Of a DNA stretch of 64,000 nucleotides, positions 1 through 11,966 are shown piece by piece. The notes beneath the pieces were generated by a model. The model was not told the DNA's origin, made no database searches, and saw nothing but the letters and a program-made list of their open reading frames with translations. Every line of letters begins with the position of its first letter. Positions within the stretch are counted from its first letter, which is position 1. Origin of the DNA: an uncultured Alphaproteobacteria bacterium (GTDB taxonomy: Bacteria; Pseudomonadota; Alphaproteobacteria; Rhizobiales; Xanthobacteraceae); contig CAVYMZ010000023.1 of assembly GCA_963769705.1 (NCBI GenBank), positions 87,481-151,480 on the forward strand, in the 5' to 3' direction. The translations under genes were made by a program, and so were the position numbers.

Positions 1-773
1 TGTCCAGCGGGGAAGCCTCGATCTCGACGATGTTCGGCCCGGCATGCTTGATGTCGACGTCGACGTTGACGGTCTGGCCGCTAAGCACCGTGCGTTCGTT
101 GATCAGTCTCGCCGTCGCGGCGCACGACGACCTTCGCGCGCTCGCCGCTGACGCCCTGGTCGTCGAGCCGGTAGGTGATGGTCTGGGGCTGTCCGACGAT
201 GCCGAAACGGGGAGCTGCAGTAATCGCGATGCGACGGTCGCGTTCGTCCTTGCGCCCGGTGATCAGCGCGTGCACCGGAGCCTGGAATCCGAGCGCTGCG
301 GCATTCGGCGGAATGTCGTGCACCCGCCCGTCGGTGATCAGGAACGCGCCGGCGACGCGATCGACCGGGACGTCCGACAGCGCCGAGGTCAGCGCGCCGA
401 ACAATTTGGTGCCGTCGGTTTCGCCATCGGCCTGGCCGGCTTCGACCACCCGCACCTCGAGGCCCTTGATCTTCTTGAGGCTGTCGACCAGCGCCTCCCT
501 GGCCTTTTCGGTCTCCTGCGTACGGTTGCCGAAATTCTGGCTCGGGCTTTTATCGATGACGACGGCGGCCACCGACGACAGCGGCTCGCGGTCCTCGCGG
601 GTGAATGACGGATTGGCCAGCGCCAGCAGGATCAGCGCCAGCGCGGCGACGCGAACCACTGCGCCGCGCGCCCGCCCGAGCAGCAGCAATGCTGCGATCA
701 CGACAATGGCGGCGATCGCGAGCCAGAGCACGAGCGAGGGAACGAGCGGTGTAAACGCGATGCCGTACTGCAT
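1..773 (-). CDS. Membrane protein of the MoxR cluster (vWA/GATase-like, uncharacterised); runs off the window start
   Basis: ORF 81..773 has N-terminal TM helices and LANPS, VVIDKSPSQ and LITDGRVHD motifs; coding appears to continue in another frame after a shift near 100. Confidence 0.65.
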
Positions 774-782
774 ATTGCGGCC

Positions 783-3611
783 CTACTGCCCGAGCCGTTC
801 GATCAGCGCGGGCGCATGCACCTGGTCGGTCTTGTAGTTGCCGGTCAGCGTGTACATCACGATGTTGACACCGGAGCGGAAGGCGAATTCACGCTGTCGC
901 GGCTCGCCCGGCGTCAGCGGCAGCATCGGCTGGCCGTCGGGGCGGATCGCCCAGGCGCCGGCGAGATCGTTCGATGTGATGATGATCGGCGAGACGCCGT
1001 CGCCGCCGCGTGCCGGGCGCGAGGCATCCTCCTCGTCCTCGTTGCGCGGCAACGCCTCGACCCAGGTCTGGCCGGTATTGAACCGGCCGGGGAAGTCGCG
1101 CAGCAGATAGAACGTCTTGGTCAGGACGTGTTCGCGCGGCACCGGCTCGAGTTCGGGCACGTCGAGCGAGGACGAGGATGTTGCGCAACGCCAGCATGCC
1201 CGGCGTCTGCGCGGCGCCGTTCTCTCCCGGCGGCGCCTCGATGGCATCGCGGGTATCGAACAGCACGGTGCCGCCCTGCTTCATATAGGCATCGATCCGG
1301 TTGATGGCGTCTTGCGGCGGCTTCGCCGCGCCCGGCACGACCGGCCAGTAGATCAGCGGGAAGAACGCCAGTTCGTCATGCGCGGGATCGATGCCGACAG
1401 GGTCGCCGGCTTCCAGCGCCGTCCGCTGCGCCAGAAACAAGGTCAGCCCGGCCATGCCGGCCTTGACGATGGAATCGACGTCGGCATTGCCGGTGACGAC
1501 ATAAGCGAGCCGCGTCTGCGACGTCGCCTTGATGGCAAAATCGTCGCTGCTTTCGGCTCGCGCCGGCCAGGGAATTACCAATGTCGCGGCGAGCATCGCT
1601 GCCGCGATGATCGCGAATGCCAAAGCGGCCGGCGCCGCGCGCCGCCTCACCAGCGCCGCGATCCCGGCGCCGAGCATGGCGACGATCACGGCGTCGATCA
1701 GGAATAAGGCCAGCGCCGCCGACAGCAGTATCCCGCGCAGGTCGCGCGGTTCGGCGTTGGTGTAGCTGGCGTGGCGCGCGCGCAGGCTCGTCGTGTCGAG
1801 CGGCGCGATGCGATCGGCGGCCGCCAGCGCGTTGACTGCAAGAGGACCATCGGCCGGGCCGTAGAAACCCGGCGGATGGTCCGGCTGTCGCGCGATCGCG
1901 GAAGTCGGCGGGCAGGGGCTTGGCGGTCGAGGGCGGCGGCCCGAACACGCCGAAACCGTCAAGCGATGTGCAGCGGCGCCACCGTTTCGTTGCCCGCTTC
2001 GCCGGCAACGCCCGCGCCCGGCTTGGAGGTGTAGCCGGACATGTCGACGAGCCGCCGCAGCATTTCGACGAAGGTGCCGGACATCGGCAGGTCCGACCAG
2101 CGCATATCGGCGCTGACGTGGAACAGGCTCACGATCCCCTTGCCGCGATGTTCGCCGGTCACCAGCGGCGTTCCATCTTCCAGCGAGGCCCAGCTTTTGG
2201 TCGCCAGCACCGCATCCGGCTCGGCGAGCACCTGCCGGCTGACGGTGACGTCCTTCGGTACCGCGAGGCCCGCGAACGGTCCGTCGGCGGCGAAGGCGGC
2301 GAGATGTTGCGGCTTTTCCCAGGTCAGGCTGCCGCCGAGGCTGCGGCCGCCGCGGCGCAGTTTGACCGGCACCAGATCGTCATCGGCCTGCGCCAGGCGG
2401 GGACCCGCGAAGCGCACCAGCACTCCGCCTTGCTCGATCCATGCACTGATGCGCTCGCGAATTTCGGGCGACAGCGTTCCGACGTCGGCAAGGATCATCA
2501 TCGGCAGCTTCTGGTCGAGGAATTGCGTGATCACCTGCTGCGGCGCGCCCTTGTCGCCGAGCCGGACATCGGCGAACGGTCCCAGCGCGCGGCTGAGATA
2601 GAACGTCGACGCCAGCAGCGGCTGCGCGGTATCGCTCGACGATCCGCTGACGATGCCGATCGCGCGCCGCCGCCAGCGCTTGTCCAGGAGTTGCACCGCG
2701 CCCGCGGACCGTTCGCCGGCGACTTCAAGCCGCGCGATGTCGTTGCGAAGCTCGACCGGAAGATCGAACGCGGCTTCGGTCTCGGGCGCCTGTGGCGCAA
2801 AGGCGTAGCGGGCCTCGCCGATCGGCGAGCCCTTTTGGTCGAGCGCTCGCACGACGCCCGCGGCCGGGCCGCCGCCGGTGCGCAGCACCTTCACGGTCAT
2901 TTTCGCCGCGGCATTTTCGGCGCCGGCCAGAGCCAGCGGCGGCGGCGTGCCGCCTTCATAAATCGTCAACGCCCGATCCCCGATGGTCTTGCCAAGGCCT
3001 TCGAGAAATTCCGGCCCGCGCCCGGTATCGACGCCATCCGACAGCCAGGCGATCTCGCAATCGCCGGTCGCTTTCAGGAAACGCTCGATCGCCGGCAGGG
3101 TTTCCACCCGTTCAATGGAATAAGGCTTTGGCGCCAGCTGGCGCAGTGCCACCCGCGCGGTGCCGCCGGGCATGATCGTGATGTCGCGGGAGGGCTCGGA
3201 CAGCGGCACCAGCGCCACTCCGCGCCGGTTGTTGTCGGCGTTCGCAATCAGCTCGTCGGCTGCCTTGATCCTGGTGTCCCAGCTCGAGGCCGCGCTCCAG
3301 CCGTCGTCGAGCAGGATCACCAGCGGGGCGCGGCTGCCGCCGGCAATCCCGGTTTGCGGATCCCAGATCGGTCCGGCGGCGGCCAGGATCAGCAGCGCCG
3401 CCGCCAGCAGACGCAAGGCCGTCAGCCACCACGGCGTGCGCGACGGAGTTTCTTCCTTCGGCGCGATGTCGAACAACAGCCGGGTCGGAGGGAACTCGAC
3501 GCGCCGCGGCCGCGGCGGCATCACCCGCAACAGCCACCACAGTACCGGCAGGCTCAACAGGCCCAGCAGCAGAATAGGTTCGACGAAAGAGAGCGGCAGG
3601 CCTGCGATCAT
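783..3611 (-). CDS. BatA N-terminal / DUF4159 domain protein (frameshifted in this sequence)
   Basis: Starts MIAGLPLSFVEPILLLGLLSLPVLWWLLR..PP (BatA-like) at 3611, then vWA-like LDDGWS; C-terminal DUF4159-like LAFFPLIYWP and FRSGVNIVMYTLTGNYKTDQVH are spread over ORFs 1959..4556, 889..1962 and 783..1247. Confidence 0.75.
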
Positions 3612-4556
3612 GCGCTTCGCCCCGCTTTGACGCGTCGCGGTGCGCACGCTGCCCTTGTTCACCATCATGCCCGAATGCAGAAACAGCAACAGTTCGGCGG
3701 CCGAGCGGCTGGTGGTGTGGGTCGAGAACAGCCAGTCGAGCCTGTTGGTCTCGTCGCGGATCTGGTCGCGATGCAGCGCCACGCGCGCAGCGTAATCGCC
3801 GGCCCATTTTTCCGCGCGGCCCGCGGTGATCACGCCGCCGCCTTCCGGTTCGACGAATTCGATGCGACCGGAATAGGGAAAGTTTTCTTCGGCAGGATCC
3901 ACGATCTGCACCAGCGTGCCGTGCGCGCCGGAGGCCGACAGCCCCGCGAGCATGGTTCTGATCTCCGAGATTGGCGACCAGAGGTCCGACAGCACCACGA
4001 TTTCGGCCAGCGCCGACGGCACGAAGGATGGCGGCAGGCTGAGGCGCGCCGCATCGTCGTGCAGCATCGCTTGCGCCATCCTGTCGATCACGCTGCCGCT
4101 CGCGGTCGGATTCATGAGGCCCGGAATGCCGACGCGTTCGCCGCCGGCGACCAGGAGCTCGGCGAGCGCGAAGGTGACGATCAGCGCGCGCTCCAGCTTG
4201 CTGTCGCGGGCCTGTTGGGATGCAAAAGCCATCGACGGCGAGCGGTCCGGCCACAGCCAAACCGTATGCGCGGCCTCCCATTCCCGCTCGCGGACATAGA
4301 GATGATCATCGCGCGCCGAGCGCCGCCAGTCGACGTTCTGCGACGGTTCGCCGGAAACGAAGCGGCGGTATTGCCAGAAACTTTCGCCGGCGCCGGCGCG
4401 CCGCCGTCCGTGCAGGCCGTGGATCACGTTGGCGGCGATGCGGCGGGCCTCAAGCACAAGGCGCGGCAGCGTCGCGGCGAGCGTTCGGCTTTCACCATCG
4501 GCGCGTCGGATCGCTAGAATTTCACCGCTTGCCTGCTTGGTTTCCGCAGCCATCAA
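3608..4556 (-). CDS. DUF58 domain protein
   Basis: HGRRRAGAGESFWQYRRF..VDWRRSAR..VREREWE motif; an ATGA overlap at 3608-3611 marks the likely true stop. Confidence 0.8.
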
Positions 4557-5557
4557 CCAATCCGCGTCTTCAATTGTTTGATCACGTCGGGAATGGTGCG
4601 GCCTTCGGCGCGCGCGGAGAACGTCAGCGCCATGCGATGCTTGAGAATTGGTTCGGCAAGATCGAGCACGTCGTCGATCGAGGGCGCCAGACGGCCGTCG
4701 AGCAAAGCGCGGGCGCGCACCGCGAGCATCAGCGACTGGCTGGCGCGCGGGCCCGGTCCCCAGGCGATCAGCTTGCCGGCTTCGCCGCCCTCCGGGCCGG
4801 GACGCGCGGAGCGCACCAGCGAGAGGATCGCCTCCACCACGGAATCGCCGACCGGCAGCCGCCGCACCAGCCGTTGCGCGGCAATCAGGATCTCGGCGTT
4901 CATCGAGGCTTTGGCCAGCGTCTCTTCGGCGCCGGTGGTTTCGAACAAGATGCGCCGCTCGGCGTCGCGATCGGGATAATCGACGTCGATCTCCATCAGG
5001 AAGCGATCGAGCTGCGCTTCCGGCAGCGGGTAGGTGCCTTCCTGCTCCAGCGGATTTTGCGTCGCCAGCACATGGAACGGTTTCGGCAGATCATGGCGCG
5101 CGCCCGCCACCGTGATGTGCTGTTCCTGCATGGCCTGCAGCAGCGCGGACTGGGTGCGCGGGCTGGCGCGGTTGATTTCGTCGGCCATCAGAAGCTGCGC
5201 AAATACCGGTCCTGCGATGAAGCGGAACGACCGTTTGCCGGAACTGCTCTCGTCCAGCACCTCGGCGCCCAGAATATCGGATGGCATCAGGTCCGGCGTG
5301 AACTGGATGCGCTTGGCATCGAGCCCGAGGGTCGTGCCGAGCGTTTCGACCAGCTTGGTCTTGGCAAGGCCGGGCACGCCGATCAGCAGCGCGTGACCGC
5401 CGGACAGGATCGTCACCAGGGTGTTTTCAATCACCCGGTCCTGGCCGAAAATAACCGTGGAGATCGCAGACTTCGCCGCGCGGATTTGTTCGGCGACCTG
5501 TTCGGCCGAACGGACGATCACGTCCTCGAGCTTCTCGACACCATCTGCGCCAGCCAT
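4553..5557 (-). CDS. moxR: MoxR family AAA+ ATPase
   Basis: GVPGLAKT Walker A, RIQFTPDLMPSDILG, DEINRA, ATQNPLEQEGTYPLPEAQLDRF. Confidence 0.93.
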   Translation of the reverse strand: MAGADGVEKLEDVIVRSAEQVAEQIRAAKSAISTVIFGQDRVIENTLVTILSGGHALLIGVPGLAKTKLVETLGTTLGLDAKRIQFTPDLMPSDILGAEVLDESSSGKRSFRFIAGPVFAQLLMADEINRASPRTQSALLQAMQEQHITVAGARHDLPKPFHVLATQNPLEQEGTYPLPEAQLDRFLMEIDVDYPDRDAERRILFETTGAEETLAKASMNAEILIAAQRLVRRLPVGDSVVEAILSLVRSARPGPEGGEAGKLIAWGPGPRASQSLMLAVRARALLDGRLAPSIDDVLDLAEPILKHRMALTFSARAEGRTIPDVIKQLKTRIG

Positions 5558-5812
5558 CTAGTTCTCCTTCGACCACGCGTGCCGCGGCAGCGCCGCTTGC
5601 ATCGTCATGCCATGGGCCCCATGCTAAACTGCTGCGAAGGCCATGTATTTGTTGAATTAAACTATCCCCACATTATCGGGTTTTCGGGGTATGAACGGCA
5701 TCACGATATGGCGACCTGAAACGGGATTTTACGAGCGGAACCCGTTCAAGGCGCACTTCGTGAGGCTTGCACCAATCGTGCCAAATCGAGGCGGTCAAAC
5801 TCAGGTCAAACA

Positions 5813-6424
5813 ATGGCGAAGCAAGGGCAGACCACCAATCAGGGCCTCGAAGGGCTGACGGCTGCCGCCACGGACGCTGCGAATACCGGCGCCGCCGGAA
5901 AAGGGCTGCCGCCGGTGCATCTGTGGAATCCGCCGTTCTGCGGCGATCTCGACATGCGAATCGGCGGCGACGGTACGTGGTTTTACATGGGGACGCCAAT
6001 CGGGCGGCCGGCGCTGGTCCGGCTGTTTTCGACCATCCTCAAGTGGGAGGACGGCAAGCACTTTCTCGTGACTCCGGTGGAGAAGGTCGGTATCCGCGTC
6101 GACGACGCGCCGTTTCTCGCGGTCGAGATGGTCAAGGAGAACGACGGAAGCGCGCGGATGCTGCGCTTCCGCACCAATGTCGACGACTGGGTGACATGCG
6201 ATTCCGCCCACCGGCTGCGATTCGAGACCGCTGCCGACGGCGGACTGACGCCCTATCTTCATGTCCGTGCCAACCTCTGGGCCAAAGTCACCCGCGCGGT
6301 CTACTACGATCTGGTTGACATGGGCGAGGAGCGGGTGGTCGATGGTCGTCCGATGTTCGGCGTGGCGTCAGGCGGCGAATTTTTTGCGATGGCGGATGCG
6401 GACGAGGTGAGGGGCGCGCTTTGA
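5813..6424 (+). CDS. DUF1285 domain protein
   Basis: PPVHLWNPPFCGDLDMRI..WFYMGTPI..LVTPVEK..VDDAPF. Confidence 0.85.
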   Translation: MAKQGQTTNQGLEGLTAAATDAANTGAAGKGLPPVHLWNPPFCGDLDMRIGGDGTWFYMGTPIGRPALVRLFSTILKWEDGKHFLVTPVEKVGIRVDDAPFLAVEMVKENDGSARMLRFRTNVDDWVTCDSAHRLRFETAADGGLTPYLHVRANLWAKVTRAVYYDLVDMGEERVVDGRPMFGVASGGEFFAMADADEVRGAL

Positions 6425-7092
6425 ACGAGCCGATGCTGAAGACCGATCCAGCCGCGATCAGCTCGGCGGAGTTTTTCGAACGGAGCCGCGCGCGGCTCGA
6501 TTTCGAGGTGCCGCCGGGCCTGGTCGACCCCAACATCATCCCGAAGATCGGCGATCAGGGCACCGATCGCATGCTGGAGATCGTCGCCCGCGAACAGCCG
6601 GTTCGGCCCGCGGCGGTATTGATCCCGGTCGTCGACCATCCGCAGCCGACCGTGCTGCTGACGCAGCGCGCCGCGCACCTCAACGATCATGCCGGCCAGA
6701 TCGCGTTTCCCGGCGGCAAGATCGATGCGACCGACGCCTCCCCGCTCGACACCGCGTTGCGCGAGGCCGAGGAAGAGATCGGGCTTTCGCGCGAATTCGT
6801 CCATCCGATCGGCTATCTCGATCTCTACGGAACCGGCTTCGGATTTCGCATCCTGCCGACGGTGGCGCGGGTGCGGCCGGGCTTCAAGCTGCGCATCAAC
6901 AAGTCCGAGGTGGACGATGCGTTCGAGGTGCCGCTCGCGTTCCTGATGGACCCCGCCAACCACCAGGTGCACAGCAAGGAATTTCGCGGCATGGAGCGCT
7001 CCTATTACGCCATGCCGTTCGCGGAGCGATATATCTGGGGCGCCACCGCCGGCATTCTGCGCATACTGTACGAGCGGATCTGCCTGACATGA
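6421..7092 (+). CDS. CoA pyrophosphatase (Nudix, NudL-like)
   Basis: LLTQRA..HAGQIAFPGG, Nudix box ALREAEEEIG, IWGATA. Confidence 0.9.
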   Translation: MNEPMLKTDPAAISSAEFFERSRARLDFEVPPGLVDPNIIPKIGDQGTDRMLEIVAREQPVRPAAVLIPVVDHPQPTVLLTQRAAHLNDHAGQIAFPGGKIDATDASPLDTALREAEEEIGLSREFVHPIGYLDLYGTGFGFRILPTVARVRPGFKLRINKSEVDDAFEVPLAFLMDPANHQVHSKEFRGMERSYYAMPFAERYIWGATAGILRILYERICLT

Positions 7093-7353
7093 TCCGTCCG
7101 GCCTTCACCGAAGTCGCTGATCTTCCTGATCCCGTTCGCGGTCTATGTGCTGTTTCTGCTCGCGACCCGCTCCGGACTGATGGTGCCGACGTCGTGGCCG
7201 CTGCACGTCATCGCCAAGCTGCTGGTGGGCTCGCTGTTGCTGGTGGTCGTCAGTTTCGTGCTGCTCGCGCAGTTTTCCGGCGCGTCGCCGAATTCGACCT
7301 ATATTCCCGCGCATATCGAGAACGGCAAATTCGTTCCCGGAGTGGAAAAATGA
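7089..7353 (+). CDS. Small membrane protein (DUF6111-like), frameshift near 7115
   Basis: MIRPAFTE start overlaps the Nudix stop; C-terminal TM helix plus YIPAHIENGKFVPG in ORF 7147..7353. Confidence 0.6.
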
Positions 7354-8612
7354 ACGATGCGCGGGTGCTCGAAGACGCGCCCTGGCTCAGATCCGGTCCG
7401 GCCGCCCGCGTGCTCAAGCTGTTGAACGGCGGCGGCGAGGAAGCGCGCGTGGTCGGCGGCGCGGTCCGCAACGCGCTGCTGAACATTCCGATCGGCGACA
7501 TCGATATCGCGACCACCGCGCTGCCCACGGAAGTGATCCGCCGCGCCAAGGCCGCCGGCATCAAGAGCGTGCCGACCGGCATCGACCACGGCACCGTGAC
7601 GCTGGTCGTCGACGCGCACCCCTTCGAGATCACCACCTTGCGCGAGGACACCGAGACCTTCGGCCGCAAGGCCAAGGTCGCGTTCGGCCGCGACTGGGTC
7701 ATCGACGCCGAGCGGCGCGACTTCACCATCAACGGCCTGTCGGTCGATGCGGCTGGTATCGTTCATGATCACGTCGGCGGCCTCGACGATATCGCCGCCA
7801 GGCGCGTGCGCTTCATCGGCGACCCCGACCAGCGGATCATCGGAGGATTATCTGCGCATCCTGCGGTTTTTCCGCATTCACGCCGCCTTCGGCGAAGGGC
7901 GAACCCGATCGCGCCGGCTATCTCGCCTGCATCCGCAACCGGGCCGGTCTTGCCAGCCTTTCCGCCGAGCGGGTGCGGATGGAAATGGTGAAGCTCGTGG
8001 TCGCCGACGGCGCGGCCGGCGCGATTGTCGCGATGTCGGATGGCGGGCTGCTGCTGCCGATTTTCGGCGGCGTCGCCTATACCGGGCCGTTCGCAAGCAT
8101 GGTCGCGGCGGAGCGCGCGCTGGGACTGAAGCCGGACCCGGTTCGAAGGCTCGGCGCGCTCGCGGTCGCCGTGACCGAGGACGCAAGACGCGTCGCGATG
8201 CGGCTGCGGCTTTCCAATGCCGAAACCAGGGCGCTCGATTCCATGGGCCATCGCTGGTGGCGGCTCGCCGGCATGGACGAGGCGATCGCGCGGCGGCAGG
8301 CTCTACCGGCTCGGCGCCGGACCGCTACCGCGACCGGCTGATGCTGGCCTGGGCGCGGGCAGGGGACGACGGCAATTCCGCGCAGTGGCGAGAGCTTGCG
8401 CTGCTGCCGGAGCGCTGGACCGCGCCGAAGTTTCCGCTTCAAGGCGGCGGACTTCGTCGGCCGCGGCATCGCCGAAGGTCCCGGCGCTCGGGCAGGTGCT
8501 GGCGCTGGCCGAAGACGCCTGGCTCGCGGCGAATTTTCCGCTGGATGAGACCGCGCTCGACGCCATCGCCGACCAGACCGTAACCCGTTTCACCCGCGAT
8601 AACAGGCTGTGA
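7350..8612 (+). CDS. cca: CCA tRNA nucleotidyltransferase (several frameshifts)
   Basis: VVGGAVRNALL..DIDIAT, GIDHGTV, DAERRDFTIN, EDYLRILRFFR found across successive frames. Confidence 0.85.
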
Positions 8613-9377
8613 ATATCGTCTCCGGCTTCGCCGACATCTCGCTGCTGCAGCTTCTGCTGGTCGCCGGCGTCGCGCTGTTTGCTTCCGTCGTCGGCGGGCT
8701 CGCCGGCTACGGCACCGGCGCGCTGATGCCGCTGGTGCTGGTGCCGCTGGTCGGCGCCGAACCGGTGGTGCCGATCATCGCCATCTCCTCGATCTTCACC
8801 AATCTCAGCCGCACCACCGCCTATCTCCGCTACGCCGACCGCCGCCGCGCGCTGATCGTGATCCTCGCCGCCGCATTGACCACCGCGCTCGGCGCTTACG
8901 GCTATACGAAGCTCACCAATGCCGGCGCGGCGCTGGTGATCGGCACCATGCTGATCGCGAGCGTGCCGCTGCGCCGCCTGGCCAGGCGCCGCGATGTCAG
9001 GATCGGCGATACCGGGCTCGGGGTCGGTGCGGTGGGTTACGGCGTCCTGGTCGGCGGCACCTCGGGCTCGGGCGTGATCCTGCTGTCGCTGTTGATGGCG
9101 GCGGGGCTCGAAGGCGCGGCCGTGATCGCCACCGACGCCGTGATCTCGGTCGCCACCAGCATCATCAAGATCTCGGTGTTCGGGCTGGCCGGCGTCGTCA
9201 CCGCGCAGGTGCTTGCGTTGGCGCTGCTGATCGGCGGCGATCGCGCTTCCGGGTGCGTTTCTGGCGCGCGCCTTCGTCGAGCGCATGCCGGTGCATATCC
9301 ACGCCGCGATCCTCGATGTCGCCGTGATCGCCGGCGGCGCGGTGATGATTTCATCGGCGCTGCGGCACTTGCTTTAG
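8609..9377 (+). CDS. Sulfite exporter TauE/SafE family membrane protein (frameshift near 9240)
   Basis: Very hydrophobic, GLAGYGTG and GGTSGSG motifs; GTG start overlaps the cca stop. Confidence 0.75.
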
Positions 9378-9553
9378 AAGGGCGCGGCCTCGGTGGTCCA
9401 TTCATAATCGCTGAGTTCGTGGCGCATGATTCGAGGCTCCAGTTAGGAGCTTGAATCGCGTCCACGGCGGTAACATCAGCCCGCAATGGCCCGTCGCGGC
9501 GGCCGAAACGGGCAGGGTTGCCCTTCTTGCGGCGCCTCGGGACGCCTTCATCC

Positions 9554-9760
9554 TCACCCTTCGCCTTCTTCCTCTTCTTCCTCTTCGTCCGAAACTTCGA
9601 TTTCCGCCGGTTCCAGCACGGCGATCGGAAGCGCTTCGCGAAACAGGTCGCCTTCTGCGCCCATCCAGACGCACAGGATGGTATCCCCGTTTACCTCCGC
9701 CACCGTGATTGGCTGACTGCCGGATTTCAGAATGACGACATCGCCCGGTTTCAAGTTCAT
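9554..9760 (-). CDS. YodC/DUF2158 family small protein with acidic tail
   Basis: LKPGDVVILKSGSQPITV..LCVW followed by poly-Glu. Confidence 0.7.
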   Translation of the reverse strand: MNLKPGDVVILKSGSQPITVAEVNGDTILCVWMGAEGDLFREALPIAVLEPAEIEVSDEEEEEEEGEG

Positions 9761-9886
9761 GATTTTTCCCTCTGCGTTGATTGACGCTGGGCACAGGCTA
9801 CCGGTCTGTGATGACAGGCCGATCACGGCCGATCAATTTCGTCGGACGGATCAAGCTCCGGGAGACGGCGGGCATGGCGGCCGCCA

Positions 9887-10620
9887 TCAGCGTTCGCCGG
9901 GCAGCAACTCGGTCAGCGAGCGGATGATGCGATCGGGCTTGATGCTGGAATTCCGCCGGCAGGCCCTCGCCGTGGGCATCGATCCAGATGGCATAGATGC
10001 CGAGCCGCTGCGGCGCCTCGACTTCCCATTCCAGATTGTCGCCGATCATCCAGGTCTCGGCTGCCGTGACGCCCAGCGCCTGCATGGCATGCAGATAGGC
10101 GCGCTCGTCCGGTTTGCCGAAACCATGCTCGCCCTCGATCTGGATATGATCGAAGCGGTGGGTCAGCGCAAAGCGTTCGACCTTGGCGCGCTGGGGTCCG
10201 GCTGCGCCGTTGGTCACCAGCGCCAGTTTCACGCCGTACGCTTTCAGCGCATCGATGGCCTCATGCGCGCCCGGGAAGACGAACATTTGCTCTTCGCGAT
10301 AGGCGCTGAAAGCGGTCGGCGATCCGTATCGCAAGATCGGTCGGCAGCGCGGTTTCGCCCGCGGCGGCAAGCGCGGAAAAGCCGCCCTTGACGACCTCGT
10401 GCCGGGCTTCGGCGAGTTTCAGCCGCCACTCCGCCGCCGCTGCCGCCCAGAACTTGCGCCCGGAAGCCACGATCGCGGCGGCGACCTGCTGCGGCGACAG
10501 CGGCGCAAATTCGGCGGCAAATTCCGTCGCGACGATGTTCCAGGCGATCTCGGGCCGGCCATAGGCCGACAGGATGGTGTCGTCCATGTCGATCAGCATC
10601 GCGCGCGGCAGTTGCGTCAT
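9887..10620 (-). CDS. HAD family hydrolase (frameshifted)
   Basis: IDMDDTI motif I, LVTNG, GKPD, MIGDNLEWEV in ORFs 10261..10635 and 9798..10370. Confidence 0.8.
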
Positions 10621-10625
10621 GGTGT

Positions 10626-11514
10626 CTAAGGCCACTTCACTTCCGGGGGCATCGACGACAGGATCGAATCCACATTGCCGCCGGTCTTCAGGCCGAAAAT
10701 GGTGCCGCGGTCGTAGAGCAGGTTGAACTCGACATAGCGGCCGCGCCGGATCAGCTGTTCTTCGCGGTCATCCGCGGTCCACGGCACGTCGAAATTACGC
10801 CGGACCAGTTCGGGATAGATCTTCAGGAAGGCGCGGCCGACGTCCTGGGTGAAGGCAAGATCGGCGTCCCAGTCGCCGCTGTCGTGCCAGTCGTAGAAAA
10901 TGCCGCCGATGCCGCGCGCTTCTTTGCGGTGCGGCAGATAGAAATATTCGTCGCACCATTTCTTGTATTTCGGGTAACTCGCGATCGCCGCATGCGCGTC
11001 GCAGGCGGACTGCATCGCGGCGTGAAAGGCAATCGTGTCGGGATCGTCCTGGGTCCGCCGCCGCTCCAGTACCGGCGTCAGATCCGCGCCGCCGCCGAAC
11101 CACGCCTTGGTGGTGACGACGAAGCGGGTGTTCATGTGCACCGCCGGGATGTTCGGATTGCGCAGATGCGCGATCAGCGAGATGCCCGAGGCCCAGAAGC
11201 GCGGGTCCTCGGCCGCGCCGGGAATTTGTGCGCGGAATTCCGGGGCGAATTCGCCATGCACGGTCGAGCAGTGCACGCCGACCTTCTCGAACAGCCGCCC
11301 GCGCATCACGCTCATCACGCCGCCGCCGCCGGGCTGCCCGGTATGGTCGGTGCGGTCCCAGCGCGGTGCGCACGAAACGTCCTGCGTCGCCGGGATAAAG
11401 CGACGCCGGCGCATCGTCCTCGAGTTTTTCGAAGGCGGCGCAGATGTCGTCGCGCAAGCGCTCGAACCAGCCTCTCGCGCGCGCCTTGCGATCCTCGATC
11501 ACGGACATGTCCAT
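10626..11514 (-). CDS. hemF: Oxygen-dependent coproporphyrinogen III oxidase (frameshift near 11370)
   Basis: [52 protein letters not shown]. Confidence 0.92.
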
Positions 11515-11582
11515 TTGCGTTGCCACCTGGTTTGACGCGTATTCCTCTCCAGCGAACCGGTACCCGTTTCGCCTGATAACGC

Positions 11583-11949
11583 TTAGCCCTGCGGGCCGTA
11601 ATAGCTGCAGCTTTCACCGCAGCTGTCGCGATGAATGCTCACCCGCGTGATCCGCCCCGCATGCTGGACCCGCTCCCAGACGAAGCGCGACAGGTTCTCC
11701 AGCGTCGGCGCGCCGAGCGCCTCGATCTTGTTGAGCAGCTTATGGTCGAGCATTTTCTGCACCTCCGCGATGCTGCCGCTGGAGCAGGCCGAGATCCAGC
11801 ACCATCCCGGTCGCGGGATCGGGCGTGCCGCGCACGGTGACCTCGGCGCGGAAGGAGTGGCCATGGATTTCCTCGCTTGCCGCACCCAGCGTCGTTCCAT
11901 GCAGCGCATGGGCGGCCTCGAACCGGAACGATTTTGTCAGCTCCCACAT
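11583..11949 (-). CDS. queD: 6-carboxytetrahydropterin synthase (frameshift near 11780)
   Basis: FRFEAAH..HGHSF..GMVLDLG, then LDHKLLN..PTLENL in the next frame. Confidence 0.85.
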
Positions 11950-11966
11950 TTCCGAAAATCCAGTCT

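Noticed and set aside
1959-4556. Apparent DUF58-BatA/vWA fusion protein (865 aa ORF)
   Set aside because: An ATGA stop/start overlap at 3608-3611 and the high local indel rate point to two genes joined by a frameshift error
7089-7991. N-terminally extended CCA enzyme
   Set aside because: A frameshift in the small upstream gene joins it to cca, which starts at 7350
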